Notes: generated by a model from the letters alone, not told the origin. A stretch of DNA of 63,709 nt, filler included, from Collodictyon triciliatum (GCA_043381765.1; 13 parts of 13 records of this genome joined end to end with filler, not necessarily neighbours in it); one strand, 5' to 3'. Positions 38,183 through 56,515 are shown, numbered from the whole stretch's first letter. Numbers and translations are program-made.

Positions 38183-38838
38183 GATAGAACATGGAATAAT
38201 ATGAGTTCATTACAGCAAAGATGAAAGATTCTCACCCCGCGCACAAGGCACGCAACACCCTCACTGCAAAAAAGGCTAAAAATAACATGAGCATTAATAG
38301 TATGAAGAATCAAAATGGTCATTAAAAAGGAAATCGTCAAAAAGTTCCATATCATTATTATCATAATATATCTATCTCTGGACTTTGAATCATTTTTACA
38401 TTAAGTTTCATCCCGAATACCGCCTCATTGAATTATCAAATTATTGCAGCAAAAATACATTTTGTGCATCGTATGCAGATATTACGCCAAGAACAAAGAT
38501 GTTATCCCCCAGTCACACGAGCCACACAACGCACACGAGCGACGCACAGCCCAACCCGTCCACCCATATATTAAGATGGCTGGATTGTCATCCAGACGTG
38601 AGATTAGCGGGTCTTTGTGGGATATTTGAGCTTCATCCTGTCGAAATCACAGCTACCTTTTGCTCTTCCTTCACGCCAAAGCACGCCACTTGTTCGCGAT
38701 GTGCGCTCTATTTGCTTATGTGACCTGTCAACTGCGGTCGCAAAGTAAGCAAACATCATGCAACACAGTAAGACATAACCGAATCCACTCGCCCACACAG
38801 CACACAGAACTCGCCCAAACCGCCCCACTTCTGTCGCG

Positions 38839-39800
38839 ATGGCTGACGAAGCTGTGCTTTTGGAAGAGGTCCGAAAAATGGCCAGGGAAGACGACGTCGC
38901 CTCTTTAAAAAGCTCTGAGAGTCTGTCACTCTATGGCAAAAAATTGACATCCGTGCCACTAGGTGTTTTCTTGTTGACTGGCCTTGGAGGAGTGGACCTT
39001 CAAGGCAATCAGTTGTCATCGCTTCACGCACAAATATCGTGTCTGACTGGCCTTACATCGCTTAATGTTGGTGGCAATAAGTTGTAATTGCTGCCTGCAC
39101 AAATATCGTGTCTGACTGGCCTTACAAGGCTTGGTGTCTATGGCAACCCGGTATGTTATATATATATATTTATTTATTTATATTCGTTTGCTATTCTAGT
39201 TTTATTTATGTTGAAGAGATACAGTGACTGACAGCAATACGTGCAGATGGAGGAGCTTCCGCCAGAAATCACAGCGCTCACAAATCTGAAGGCGCTCTAC
39301 ATAAAAAACAACTTTAGAAGTATTAATATAATGAGAGCGCCGAGTGGCCTCACAGCTCTTCCAGTGTGGAACAACACATCAAACTCAGACTACACTCACA
39401 TCCGCGCTCTGCAGCTGTACGACCCCGTAAGCAGACACCACCCCAGCCTTTCCCCAAATCCCCCGCTCAACAACAGGCTTTCACATGCCACGCCTGCTGT
39501 CACTTCAAGGAGAAATCTCACTATAAACCACCGCAGCTCCCAGCCGCCTGTCCCTCAGCAAGTACGCCGACCTGCTGAGACGGACTTTGAGAAGCGGGAG
39601 AACATCCTGGGCAGGGGCGGCTTCAGGTTGGTGATCAAGGTGTAGCTGAAGGCAGGTCTCTTCTCTGTGAAGCATGTTGCGATCGCATCTCATTGCTGCA
39701 ACACCCAAACATCCTGACGCTCTACGACTTTGAGTTCTGCGGCAACGACCTGTTCCTTGTCGTGGAGTTTGCGGACGGCGGGGAGCTCTTGTATATCAAA
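38839..39800 (+). pseudogene. LRR-protein kinase pseudogene
   Basis: LRRs (LxxLxLxGNQLSSL...), intron 39151-39246, kinase Gly-loop ILGRGGF and LQHPNILTLYDFE...LFLVVEFADGGEL. In-frame TAA at 39085 (TCA in the sister repeat), TAG at 39643, a frameshift/deletion across the alphaC region, and truncation after subdomain V. Confidence 0.85.
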
Positions 39801-39816
39801 AAGTATAAAGCACTAG

Positions 39817-39868
39817 GAACTGAACTGAACTGAACTGAACTGAACTGAACTGAATTGAACTGAACTGA
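39817..39868. repeat. (GAACT)n microsatellite
   Basis: Seen directly, between the pseudogene and the LINE fragment. Confidence 0.95.
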
Positions 39869-39879
39869 TCTGACCATCA

Positions 39880-40179
39880 GATACGTGATGCACATCATCT
39901 ACGGCCTTGTACGCACTCAGATACCTGGGTATAATGTTTGAGAGCAGCTGCACAGAAAAGTGGGATAAGCTGGTCAACAATATCAAGTCCATAATCGCCT
40001 CTTGGAAAAGATTCCATCTTTCAGACATCGGAAAAGCGAGGTTATGGAACCAACTCATGCTATCGACCCTCATCCACTACATGAAGGGCTCTCACCTACC
40101 TCAAAAGCATCTCGACACACTGGAGAGCATATGCCGCACCTTCATCACAACAAAGAGACAGCAATACAAAATCAAAACA
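39880..40179 (+). mobile_element. Non-LTR retrotransposon (L1/Tx1-like) fragment, RT end and thumb region
   Basis: RYLGIMF...WDKLVNNIKSIIASWKRFHLSDIGKARLWNQLMLSTLIHY...LP...LESICRTF follows the YLG...W...LS..G+..L...Y...P pattern of L1/Tx1 ORF2. Confidence 0.8.
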
Positions 40180-40279
40180 NNNNNNNNNNNNNNNNNNNNN
40201 NNNNNNNNNNNNNNNNNNNNNNNTTAATTAATTAANNNNNNNNNNNNNNNNNNNNNNNNNNNNNNNNNNNNNNNNNNNN

Positions 40280-40400
40280 AGAAAGAGAAAGAAAGAGAAA
40301 GAAAGAGAAAGAAAGAGAAAGAAAGAGAAAGAAAGAGAAAGAAAGAGAAAGAAAGAGAAAGAAAGAGAAAGAAAGAGAAAGAAAGAGAAAGTGAGAAAAA
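40280..40400. repeat. (GAAAGAGAAA)n repeat
   Basis: Seen directly. Confidence 0.9.
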
Positions 40401-40460
40401 GTGAGAAAAAGTGAGAAAAGAAAGAATATAATAATAGTTATGGTTCGCTTGAAGTGACAC

Positions 40461-45030
<4,570 letters not shown>

Positions 45031-45128
45031 TGATGAAAACCAGCATCGTCAGAGCAGAAGTAGAGTTCAATAGTGAGATAAAAGAACACAAGTTACAGGC
45101 AGGAAGGAAAAAAAGAAAAAAAGAAAAA

Positions 45129-45192
<64 letters not shown>

Positions 45193-45387
45193 AAAAAGAA
45201 AGAAAAANNNNNNNNNNNNNNNNNNNNNNNNNNNNNNNNNNNNNNNNNNNNTTAATTAATTAANNNNNNNNNNNNNNNNNNNNNNNNNNNNNNNNNNNNN
45301 NNNNNNNTTTGTTTTTTTTTTTTTTTTTTTTTTTTTTTGTTGTTGTTTCTTGCTAGCCTCTCCTTGCAACCCATTCCCGAGACATAT

Positions 45388-48009
45388 TTAGGGGTTCAAA
45401 AAGTAGACAGCCCCACGATTTTGTCCATTCACGCTATCGAAAGGAGCACCCACAATAATGCCTGCGTGATTAACAGCCACACTAGCCCCGAACGAGTCCA
45501 AACCATCGCTTGCTCCGAGCTTGTGCTTTGTTTGCTCCCAGTTGTTCCCGTCAGTATTGTGTAGAACATACACGGCAGAGGGTTCTAAGTGGCATTAATT
45601 ATAGACAGATAAATACCTCCTTTTTTTCTCTCTCAAACAAATACACTAATGACCACATATAGTTATAATCGACATTGGGAGGTTGTGAGTCATCCTCATT
45701 TACGATATAATTAAGGTTACCGTTGTCTGTGCACCAACCACAACTCCAGTTCGGGGTTGCTCCCACAACGAGATTCTTGTTCTTTGGGTCGTAGGCGAGA
45801 GACATCCCAAAGTACGGAACTGGATTGTCATCATTAGGAGTGATGCGATTCACTTGGTAAAATTGTTTATCTTCAAGGTTAAAGTGGTAGACCGCTCCTG
45901 TAGTGGATGGATAGGATACATCCAGGGACGTTGCAAATAGGGTTGTCCCTTCAAATATCATGTTGAATCCAAACAGAGTCGAACTCGAAAAGTTGTCCCT
46001 GATTGTTTGGATGAGCGTGGCTGATGTAATTCCATCGTAAGAGTACACAAAAAGTCTGCCATTAGTAGAGTCAGCTGATATAGCGATGATTCCTCTTCTG
46101 GCTGCTATGTACCTACCAAAACCGTATTCATCCCCATCCGTGGGGCACTTAATTTCCAAGTAGCGGTATCCGTTGACCTTGTCGATGGACTTTGGATAGT
46201 GAAGAATATAGACACGACCTTTATCGTACATATCGTCTACCATCGCAAACGGAGCAGAAATCATAGTGAAGTTTCCGTCCATAGCGAGGCCTTTTCCGAA
46301 TACTTGGTATGCCTGGTCCAAGGGAGGCGACAGAGAGAATTTGCGGACATATCTATTGTGGGCTGGTGAGTATCGAAATCCATACACAGCAGACTGTTCG
46401 ATACCTGATTCAGAGTCGTCCAAAGCCTCGGATGTAACAAGCAACCATCCGTTCTTGAGAAGGACATTCGTGCCGAAGTAAGCATATGGTACTCGTCCAA
46501 GATATTGGAAATACTGAACTAAGCTCCAGCCATTTTGTGATGTTTCTACCAAGTAAACCTTACCGCACGGTTTATTGTACTGGCTGTATTCGGAACATGA
46601 GGGTTGGGAAATAGCGGCCAAGTTGCGTTCTGCACTTATAGAAATCCCAAGATTGTTGGACTTTCCGTGTATGTTTCGGTAAACACGAGGATTTTGGGGT
46701 AGAATTGGCGTTGGGAGACTGGGACTAGGAAGTGCATCTGTACATGAGTAGGCTTGGTTTTTACATATGAAAGCGTTACAGACAATATAATAATAATAAT
46801 AATAAAAAAAATACGATGAGAATACTAAGTGAGGAATGAGTATGAACAAACCGAACCTTGGTCTATGTTGAAGGCAAAAACCACCCCTGAGACACCCCAA
46901 CTGTCGTATGGGGATGGGTCACCAACAAAGATCTCTGAGCCTTGAATCAGAAGGGCTCCTCCATATGATCCGTATAGGCTCACACCATCAGGTTTAGGTA
47001 CCTCGTAAGGAGCTGACCATTCGGAGCCGGAGAGAGAAAATACAACAGCAGCGTGGTTAATGGGATCACCAGCCAAGAGATGGTTGTTTGAAAATGATAA
47101 GGTCTTTCCGAACTGGCCTCCTGCCAATGGAGTAGTAAGAATATTTGTCTGACTCCATCCATAGCCGAAAGTATACGAGAATATGTAGATCGAAGAAATC
47201 CCCGAGCTCCCCAGGGCAACAACATTATCGGAGACAAAAGCAGCTGACTTTCCCAGGTATGAGTACCACTGAGGATTAACTGCACTCAGTCTTGTCATGG
47301 AGTTGGAGTCGATGTATGTCCCGCTTCGTGGCCACAGGTAGGCAGCTCCTTGACCGTCATTCTCTGCATAAGATGTAATCAGCGCCCAGTTGGCACTCAA
47401 AGCCACGGTGTTTCGATGCCATAAATTAGTGTAGGTTCCATAGAGTGTGAGGTAGTCTGACCAGTACCCATTCGACCAAGTGTAGGTGAACATCGTTCCG
47501 GTGGGATTGGACGTGCCCACCAACAAGAGATCACCATCCAAGGCGAGAGTCCCGCCCATGTAATTGCCAGAATACTTTGAAAAGCTGGTCTGATAAACCC
47601 ACTGTCCAGCCTGAAGCTCATATGCATAGACGGTTCCGCCGAAGATGTCATCTGGGGCACCAACAATCAAGCGGTCCTCCGAAACAGCCACGGCCACACC
47701 AAAGTGGGCATACGACGCATTAGGTGGCACAATCTTTGAGGCAAGGGCCCATTCCGAACCACTACGAGTAAAGACAGAGACCGAGCCCACCTCAGACACC
47801 CAGGCGACTGTGTCGAATGGTGCGCCTATGACAAGGAAGTTTGCATTTGGAGATAGTGCAATCGAGTACCCAAAGCCGGCGTTGTAGGAAACATCTGCGT
47901 CTGGGAAGAGCTTTTCATCGTACTGGAGGTACTGACTCGACACGGTGTATGAGCACGCGATAAAGGCCGCCAAAAGGGCGCGTAGAAGAGCCCCGTTTTT
48001 TCCGTGCAT
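45388..48009 (-). CDS. Secreted protein with two tandem FG-GAP (integrin-alpha-like) beta-propellers, 3 exons, ~793 aa
   Basis: Exons 48009-46857, 46752-45721 and 45584-45388 total 2382 nt in frame. Signal-peptide-like MHGKNGALLRALLAAFIACSYTVSS; repeats FGYSIAL...LVIGAP, FGVAVAV...LIVGAP and FGASVAV...IIVGAP; Pro-rich linker; no TM helix. Confidence 0.88.
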
Positions 48010-49214
48010 GTATCGGCTATTGAATCATAACTCGTAAGTTAGGCGGGGGAAAAACAGAGAGCGCTAGAGCTCGCGCAGGTTTGATGCTTTGTGTTTTAAA
48101 TTATAGGAAAAATATGGCAAGCGCAGAAGAACGTCAATGGATAGTTGTTTATCTTTCTGCGCACTTTGATGTGCCAGGAACACCGTCTTCCACAGCAAAT
48201 AGTGACGTGTGAGATAAAGCAGTACAAGGACAAAACTGGCTCGCGCTGTGGGTGAAGTTGTCGGCGTCATTGTTTCCTCGTTCTGTTTCGTAAAGGTATC
48301 GGGCTGACACACACTCGATCATTAACATTTCCTTTGACAGATGGAACGGAGGTAGTGTACGTAGTTTTATACTTATTTGTCTGGCCTGTAATGCTAACTG
48401 ACAGTAGATTGTGGGCCTCCTCGAATGTCAACTCAGCCTTAAAGAACATTTTTAATGTGGGCCCGTAACGGTTGTGGTCTGTAACGGTGCCCAAATTAGC
48501 TCATCTATATGTGGAATATATTGCCAACTCCCTGCATCGGTCTCTTCACAGGGCGGTTGTCTAGGCTGTTCTGGGACAAGTAGCAGATTGGCGGAAAGTT
48601 AAGCAGCTAGGTAAATGGAAAAGATGATAATCCAAGTCCAAATTTTAATCTAGTGACGAGGGAACACGCACAAAGCACAAGTGCTGCCCGCGTCAAGTGC
48701 GAGTTTGAAAGAAAAAGTAAAGCGCTCAACTGTTTGTAAAGAATGCTTCACACGCCACAAAGGGCACTGGTAAGAAAGAGGTTCATAAGGACGAAGGTGA
48801 TTGGGCGACTGGGACAGAAAAAAAGGAATAAATACCTTAATGAAATACCGATGATGCATGGTAGAAACAAACGTGTATGTGCTTTGTTATATGTATGGTA
48901 TTCCTTGAAATCGGTATGTAAATGATGACATTAGTTGTGTCCTGCCAATTAGAAGCATTCTTACCCCATCGCAACAGACCCTGACCTCAAGAAAGATTAT
49001 CATAAAATGCCTGCAGTTTTTTTCTTTCACATGTTATTTATTGTCCGAAATATTTGAATCGTTTTTTCTTTTTGATGTGAGATTCACTTCTTTTTTTTCT
49101 CAAGAGAGGCTGTGCAAACCTCACCAAAGAAAAATGTGGAGATAAAGAGGCGAAGAGACTCAGTAATGAGGAATGCAAGCCTGCTCTTTCTATGAGACAA
49201 ATGGCCTCAGTTTC

Positions 49215-50096
49215 TCATGAAAAGACGCGTGAAAGGACCAAACCGATGATAATCCCTGCGGCACATGTGATGATAACGGCCATCGTAGAATATCCTTGCT
49301 TTCGGCGGATGGTCGTCCCAGTGAGAGATTCAGCCGATGCCACAATTTTTTTTCGCTGAGTTAACCCTGAGAAAAGTGGATTATTACAAAAGAGTGAAGA
49401 TCAATACTAAGTTGGTATCTTTACGATTACTAGCGCATTTATGTTGGAATAATGCACTACGTATTATTTTAACAAAACGGAACGGAACGAGACGGAACGA
49501 GACAGAAGATAGTTAACGAAGTATTTTTCGAAATGTTACATTTCTATTTCACATCACCAAAGGTGAAAAACTTAACAAACCTGTTGAAGATGTCGAAAGC
49601 TGGTCGTACTCTTGAGTCAAGCGTTGCAGCTGAGCTTCGTAAGTGGCGATTACTTTGTCCATTTCGCTAGATTTAGTCTTGTAAGCGGAGTATTCTGCCT
49701 GCAAAGATTTAGGCTCTTCTTTTGATGTGTTGAGTCCTTGAGTTGATGTTGGTTTGGCAGAAGAGGAGTCTGAAACGCTCGAAGCTGATTGGAATAGTGA
49801 ATTTGTTGATTCTTGCATGGGCGAAGAGGACTGTTTCATTTACAAGGAGTATTCGATTAGCTAATCAATTTTCGAAGCAAATCGATTTCATATATCAATA
49901 GCTAAAAACTCAATTGAGGTGTCTTGTAAACATCAAACACAAAAATGACGCCAACATATAATATACTGCATTCATGAGTGGTTGCGTTTGATTGTCATCG
50001 CATCAGTCATTCATTTTCAAGACATACCTTTCCTTCATCAGCCAAGCGGCAGCGAAACTTGTTCTTTGTTATGCTGTCAGCAGGAACACTGCTCCA
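49215..50096 (-). CDS. VAP: VAMP-associated protein (VAP/Scs2 family), 3' exons
   Basis: End of the MSP domain WSSVPADSITKNKFRCRL (compare VAPA WKEAKPDELMDSKLRCVF, recalled), Ser-rich linker, coiled coil, GLTQRK, and a C-terminal tail anchor AVIITCAAGIIIGLVLSRVFS* with GxxxG. Confidence 0.75.
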
Positions 50097-50333
50097 CTGA
50101 ATTAGATGATTTTGAGTTATCCATCCATTGTTTTTGTTTGTTTTTATTTTCTAAAAAAAAAAAAAAAAAAAATTTTTTAAATAATATTTTTTTTTAAAAT
50201 AAAAAAAATAAAACAAAAAAAAATTTTTTTTTTNNNNNNNNNNNNNNNNNNNNNNNNNNNNNNNNNNNNNNNNNNNNTTAATTAATTAANNNNNNNNNNN
50301 NNNNNNNNNNNNNNNNNNNNNNNNNNNNNNNNN

Positions 50334-52650
50334 GCTGTAGCTTCCATCTGGACATGAAATGCATGATAATTGATTATTTGATCCAGTTTTGTTGTTGAAT
50401 GCGCCAGCTGGACATGATGTGCATGATGCTTGGCCATCTCTACCATTCCAAGTACCTTGTGGACATTCGATGCATGATGAGTTTCCATATGAGCCGGAGT
50501 TTGAGTTGAATGTACCTTTTGGACAAGCATGGCATGATTGCGAGTCTTTTGTGATGTCTTCTTTTTGATAGAATCCTGATGAGCATAAGCTGCATGATGA
50601 ACTTCTTTCTGAGCTGTAGCTTCCATCTGGACATGAAATGCATGATAATTGATTATTTGATCCAGTTTTGTTGTTGAATGCGCCAGCTGGACATGATGTG
50701 CATGATGCTTGACCATCTCTATCATTCCAAGTACCTTGTGGACATTCAATACATGATTTGTTTCCATATGAGCCGGATTTTGAGTTGAATGTGCCTTTTG
50801 GACAAGCACAGCATGATTTAGAGTCTTTTGTGATGTCTTCTTTTTGATAGAATCCTGATAAGCATAAACTGCATGATGCACTACCAGATAAGCTGTAGCT
50901 TCCATTTGAACATGAAATGCATGATGATTGGTTGAATGAGCCAGGTATATTATTAAATGTGCCAGCTGGACATGATGTGCATGATGCTTGACCATCTCTA
51001 TCATTCCAAGTACCTTGTGGACATTCAATGCACGATGATTCTCTATATGAGCCTGAGTTTGAGTTGAATGTGCCTTTTGGACAAGCGTAGCATGAGCTTG
51101 AGTCTTTTGTGATGTCTTCTTTTTGATAGAATCCTGATAAGCATAAACTGCATGATGCACTACCAGATAAGCTGTAGCTTCCATCTGGACATGAAATGCA
51201 TGATGATTGGTTGAATGAGCCAGGTATATTATTAAATGTACCAGCTGGACATGATGTGCATGATGCTTGACCATCCTTGTCATTCCAAGTGCCTTGTGGA
51301 CATTCGATACATGATTTGTTGCCATATGAGCCTGAGTTTGAGTTGAATGTGCCTTTTGGACATAAATGGCATGATTTCGAGTCTTTTGTGATTCCTTCCT
51401 TTTGATAGAATCCTGATAAGCATGGATTACAAGATGAGCTTCTCTCTGAGCTATAGCTTCCATCTGGACATGAAATGCATGATGACTGGTTGAATGAGCC
51501 AGTTTTATTGTTGAATGTGCCAGCTGGACATGATGTGCATGATGCTTGACCCTCTCTATCATTCCAAGTACCTTGTGGACATTCAATACATGATAGTTTT
51601 CCATATGAGCCGGAGTTTGAGTTGAATGTTCCTTTTGGACAAGCATAGCATGAGCTTGAGTCTTTTGTGATGCCTTCTTTTTGATAGAATCCTGATAAGC
51701 ATAGACTGCATGCCGAGCTTCTTTCTGAGCTGTAGCTTCCATTTGGACATGAAATGCATAATGATAATTCAAATGAGCCAGTTTTGTTGTTGAATGTGCC
51801 AGCTGGACAGGATGTGCATGATGCTTGACCATCTCTATCATTCCAAGTGCCTTGCGGACATTCGATGCATGAAGAGTTTCCATATGAGCCAGAATTTGAG
51901 TTGAATGTGCCTTTTGGACAAGCGTGGCATGATTTGGAGTCTTTTGTTATGCCTTCTTTTTGATAGAATCCTGATGAACATGAAATGCACGATGAGCTTC
52001 TTTCTAAGCTGTAGCTCCCATTTGGACATGAAATGCATGAAAATTGATTATCTGATCCAGTTTTATTGTTGAATGTACCGACTGGACATGATGTGCATGA
52101 TGCTTGACCATCTCTATCGCTCCAAGCACCCTGTGGACATTCGATGCATGATGAGTTTCCATATGAGCCGGATTTTGAGTTGAATGTGCCTTTTGGACAA
52201 GCATAGCATGATTGTGAGTCTTTCATGATGTCTTCTTTTTGATAGAATCCTGATGAGCATAAACTGCACGATGAGCTTCCAGCTGAGCTGTAGCTTCCAT
52301 TTGAACATGAAATGCATGATGATTGATTGCATGAGCCAGTTCTATTGTGAAATGTACCAGCTGGACATGATGTGCATGATGCTTGGCCATCTTTATCATT
52401 CCAAGTACCTTGTGGACATTCAATACACGATATATTTCCATATGAGCCGGAGTTTGAGTTGAATGTGCCTTTTGGACAAGCATAGCATGATTTTGAGTCT
52501 TTTGTGATGTCTTCTTTTTGATAGAATCCTGATGAGCATAGGATACACGATGCGCTTCTTTCTGAGCTGTAGCTTCCATTTGGACATGATATACATAAAG
52601 AATGATTGAATGAGCCAGTTTTATTGTTGAATGTGCCAGCTGGACATGAT
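50334..52650 (-). repeat. Coding tandem repeat, 279-bp (93-aa) unit, at least 8 copies
   Basis: The unit CPAGTFNNKTGS...CPNGSYS...CSSGFYQKEDITKDS...CPKGTFNSNSGSYG...CPQGTWNDRDGQASCTS recurs every 279 bp. Confidence 0.92.
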
Positions 52651-55257
52651 GTGCAGTCGTCTCTGTTACTGTTTCCAAAAGTTCCTACTGGGCATTCGAT
52701 ACATGATGCGTTGCTTGTTGAACTAAACTTTGGATTAAAAGTTCCTAAACGACATTCAAGACATGAAATCTGGCCGGTATGTGGATTGTATGAGCCAGGC
52801 TGGCATAGTTCACAAGTTGATTCGCCAGATTTTGATGAATATCTTCCTTGTGGACACGGTCGACAGCTGCTTATACTGGTTGATGCAACATTAGGATTGT
52901 AGAAACCAGCCGAGCATTTTTCACAGGTGATTGATTTCGTTTTGTTTGAGTAAGTGCCAGTCGGGCATGGATTACAAAATTGCTTTCCTATTTCATTCAT
53001 GGAGAATCCAGCAGGACAATCAAAGCAACTCGACTTCCCATCAACGCTATTGTAAGTTCCTGGTTCGCATAAAAGACATGATGAATTTCCAGCACCTCTG
53101 ATGCTTGGATTGAATGTTCCTGCAGGACACGGAGAACACAACTTATCTCCTGCATTGCTGTAAAATCCAGTAGTGCAATTGTTACATGAAGCTTGTCCTT
53201 TTTGATTATTGAATGTTCCAGCTTCGCATTTTTTGCAAATCGATTGGCCCAAAATATTATTAAATGTTCCTTCATCGCAAGGAAGACAATCTCTAATGCT
53301 TGTGGAGCCAGTTGATGGATTGTAAGTTCCAGTTGGACATAATAAACAAGAGGTGAGTTCATTTCCATTATTGTAAGAGCCAGTCGGACATCTTTCGCAT
53401 GAATTTGACAGTTGATTGAAAAAGTATCCTCCTTGGCATGGACTCCATACTTTGATAAATTTATCAGTGCTTGCTGAAATTATTTTTGAATCTGAAGTAG
53501 CGAAAACACTATTGACAGAATCTGTGTGACTCAAAAGTGTTCGAATTTCTCTTCCGTCTGATATTGTCCATATTTTGACTGAATTATCACTGCTTCCAGA
53601 ATACAGTTTTGTTCCATCATGTGATACTGAAATGCTATTTACTGAGCTTGTATGTCCTGTTATTGTTCTAATTAACGTGCCATCTGATATATTCCAAATC
53701 TTGATTGTGTTATCACTGCTTCCAGATATGATTCTTGTTCCGTCTGGAAATGTAATAACACATCTTACGGCATTTCCGTGGCCAGTAATTGTTCTAATTA
53801 ATGCTCCATCTGAGAGATTCCATATTTTTATCGAAAAATCGGCACTTCCAGATATAATTTTGGTGTTATCAGGAGAGATGAAAACAGAATTTACACTTTT
53901 CGAATGACCTGATAAGGTACGAGTTAAAATCCCATCTGAAACTCCCCAAACATTTATATTTGTATCGTCTCCTCCTGATACAATAAAAGAATTATCTGAT
54001 GACATTGCAACGCTTCGAACAGCTGCAGTATGGCCGCTAAATGTTCTCAATAATAAACCATCCGAGAAATTCCACATTTTAATTGTCTGGTCGCTGCTTC
54101 CTGAGACGATTTTGGTTCCATCAGCTGACACAACAATACTATTAATAGCACTTGTATGGGCATTTATCGAAAGCGCTTGGGAACCATCAGCATAATTCCA
54201 GATTCTAATTGTATTATCACTACTTCCTGACACAATTTTTGTTTTATCTGGGCTTAAAAAAACACTATTGGCTGAACTTGTGTGGCCTGAAACTGTCAAA
54301 CTCAAGCTGAAATCAGGAAAGTTCCACATCTTTATTGTAGTGTCATCACCTCCTGAGAGAAATTTTGAGCCATCAGAGAGAACTGAAATTCCATTAATTT
54401 GACCTATATGCTCATTCATGATATTCATTATGACTCCATTTGATTGACTCCAAATTCTGATGGTTTTGTCACTGCTTCCAGAAATAATCTTTGAGCCGTC
54501 TGGAGAAATCGAAACAGTTTTAACTATTCCAGTGTGCCCATTGAGAGTGCGAATTAAGCTTCCATCTAAAATGCTGGTTATTTTGATTGTTCTATCGCTG
54601 CTGCCAGAAACAATTTTCGTTCCATCTGGCGTAATTGAAATAGAGTTTACAGAATCTGTATGAAAATTTATAACTTGGACTAATGTTCCGTCAAAAAAAT
54701 TCCAAACTTTGATGGTTTTGTCAGCACTTCCAGAAACAATTTTTGAATTATCAGGAGTTAAATCAATGCTTGTTACAATTCCAGTGTGCCCAGTTAACGT
54801 ACGAATGATATTTCCGTCAGATATATTTGTAATTCTCAATGTTTTATCGGTACTTCCAGAAACAATTTTTGTTCCATCGGTTGTTATGGTAACACAATTC
54901 ACTGAATCAGTATGGACTTGTATTGATTGAATCAAAGCTCCATCATTTACATTCCAAATGTTTATTGTCTTATCTGAACCTCCGGAAACTATTTTTTGGT
55001 TATCTGGTGTAAAAGTCAATGTGTTAACGACATCAGTATGCCCAATAAATGACCTAATTAAATTGCCATTTGAAAGACTCCAAAATCTGATGATGTTGTC
55101 TGAATGCCCTGAAATAAAAATTGATTTTGACTGAGAAGATATCATGCTCATAACTTTGGAGCCTCTGGTGTAGATAAGACTTCCATCAGAGAAATTCAAA
55201 AGTCTTACAGTGTAGTCTGCACTTCCAGAAACAATTTTTGAGCCATCAGGAGTAACT
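50334..55257 (-). CDS. Paralogue of the contig-1 WD40 + Cys-rich-repeat surface protein (partial at both ends)
   Basis: One open frame across the whole contig (>1600 aa): 14+ WD40 repeats collinear with 1-2240, then Cys-rich CxxCPxG repeats. Confidence 0.92.
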
Positions 55258-55357
55258 NNNNNNNNNNNNNNNNNNNNNNNNNNNNNNNNNNNNNNNNNNN
55301 NTTAATTAATTAANNNNNNNNNNNNNNNNNNNNNNNNNNNNNNNNNNNNNNNNNNNN

Positions 55358-55690
55358 AAAAAAAAAAAAAAAATAAAAAAGAAAAAATAAAAAAGAAAAA
55401 ATAAAAAAAAGAAAAAAAGGAAAAAAGAAAAAAAGAAAAAAAAGAAAATGTAAAAAAAGGAAAAGAAAATGAAAAAAGAAAATGAAAAAAGAAAATGAAA
55501 AAAGAAAATGAAAAAAAGGAAATAAAAAAGAAAAAAGAAAAAATAAAAAAGAAAAAATAAAAAATAAAAAAGAAAAAAGAAAAAAGAAAAAAGAAAAAAG
55601 AAAAAAGAAAAAAGAAAAAATGAAAATGAAAAAAAGAAAAAAGAAAAAAGAAAAAAGAATAAAGAAAAAAAGAAAAGAAAATGAAAAAGG
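55358..55690. repeat. A-rich low-complexity tract
   Basis: Seen directly. Confidence 0.9.
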
Positions 55691-56515
55691 CATAGATAGA
55701 GTCAGACGTATAACGAGAGAGAGAAGGCCGTGGAGAAGTCCGGGAGCTGTAGATAGGCCATGAACATGGGAGGTGACGGACAAGACATGGTGTTGATAAA
55801 CACCGTTAGGCAGCCGCTGGCCGTGGCTTTGAGGGAACTACCATGCAAATGTGACATATAAGTGAAAATAAAAAAATAATACTTGCTGTCCTTGGTATTA
55901 CTTACAAGAAAACACCGAGACTGGCAGCGGACGGTCGCACCATGAGGGATAGGAGCTGGAGGGGGTTAGTGGGATGCTGACTGGGGAGCTAGCGAAAACA
56001 CGAATAATGGTATATTGCGAGATATATAGATACATGTCATCTCGACACACCGGTCTTCATTTAGTTAGAAATAGTAAATTACACAGCGGAGATATACATG
56101 TATATGGTACATATGAAACAATATTCGAATTAAATACTCAGCCTCAACCAGTTTTCGTGCGCCAGTGAGACAGGCTCGTAACTTCACCAGAGTACCGAAT
56201 GGGAGCCCAAACAGCAACCCGATTGATGCGTGAGACCTGAATCGCTCTTGCACAGCGACTCACCGAGGACTCGTCGACACAGCAAAGGGAAATCCCTTCG
56301 GCGTATATAAATCAAGTCTCTACAGTCCGTGGGTTGTTCGGAAGTTAGACAAGGCAATAGGTAGAATATCATTGACGTAATGCGTGGTGGGTGTTGCGGT
56401 GTCAGGGAGATGGGATGTGAGGCAACAAAGATAGTCAAAGATGCGTGATGGTGGCGATGGAAGGTGATGAGTACTAATGGAATAGACGATTGCTTACCAA
56501 GGAAAGGTCTGGTCT

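Noticed and set aside
39085-39645. Stop-codon reassignment (in-frame TAA and TAG in the LRR-kinase)
   Set aside because: The TAA aligns with TCA in the sister repeat, the gene is also frameshifted and truncated, and intact genes here end in TAA, TAG and TGA.
50282-51883. 533-aa His/Ala/Gln-rich overlapping ORF
   Set aside because: It is a shifted-frame shadow of the 279-bp coding repeat; one stop-free unit propagates through all copies.
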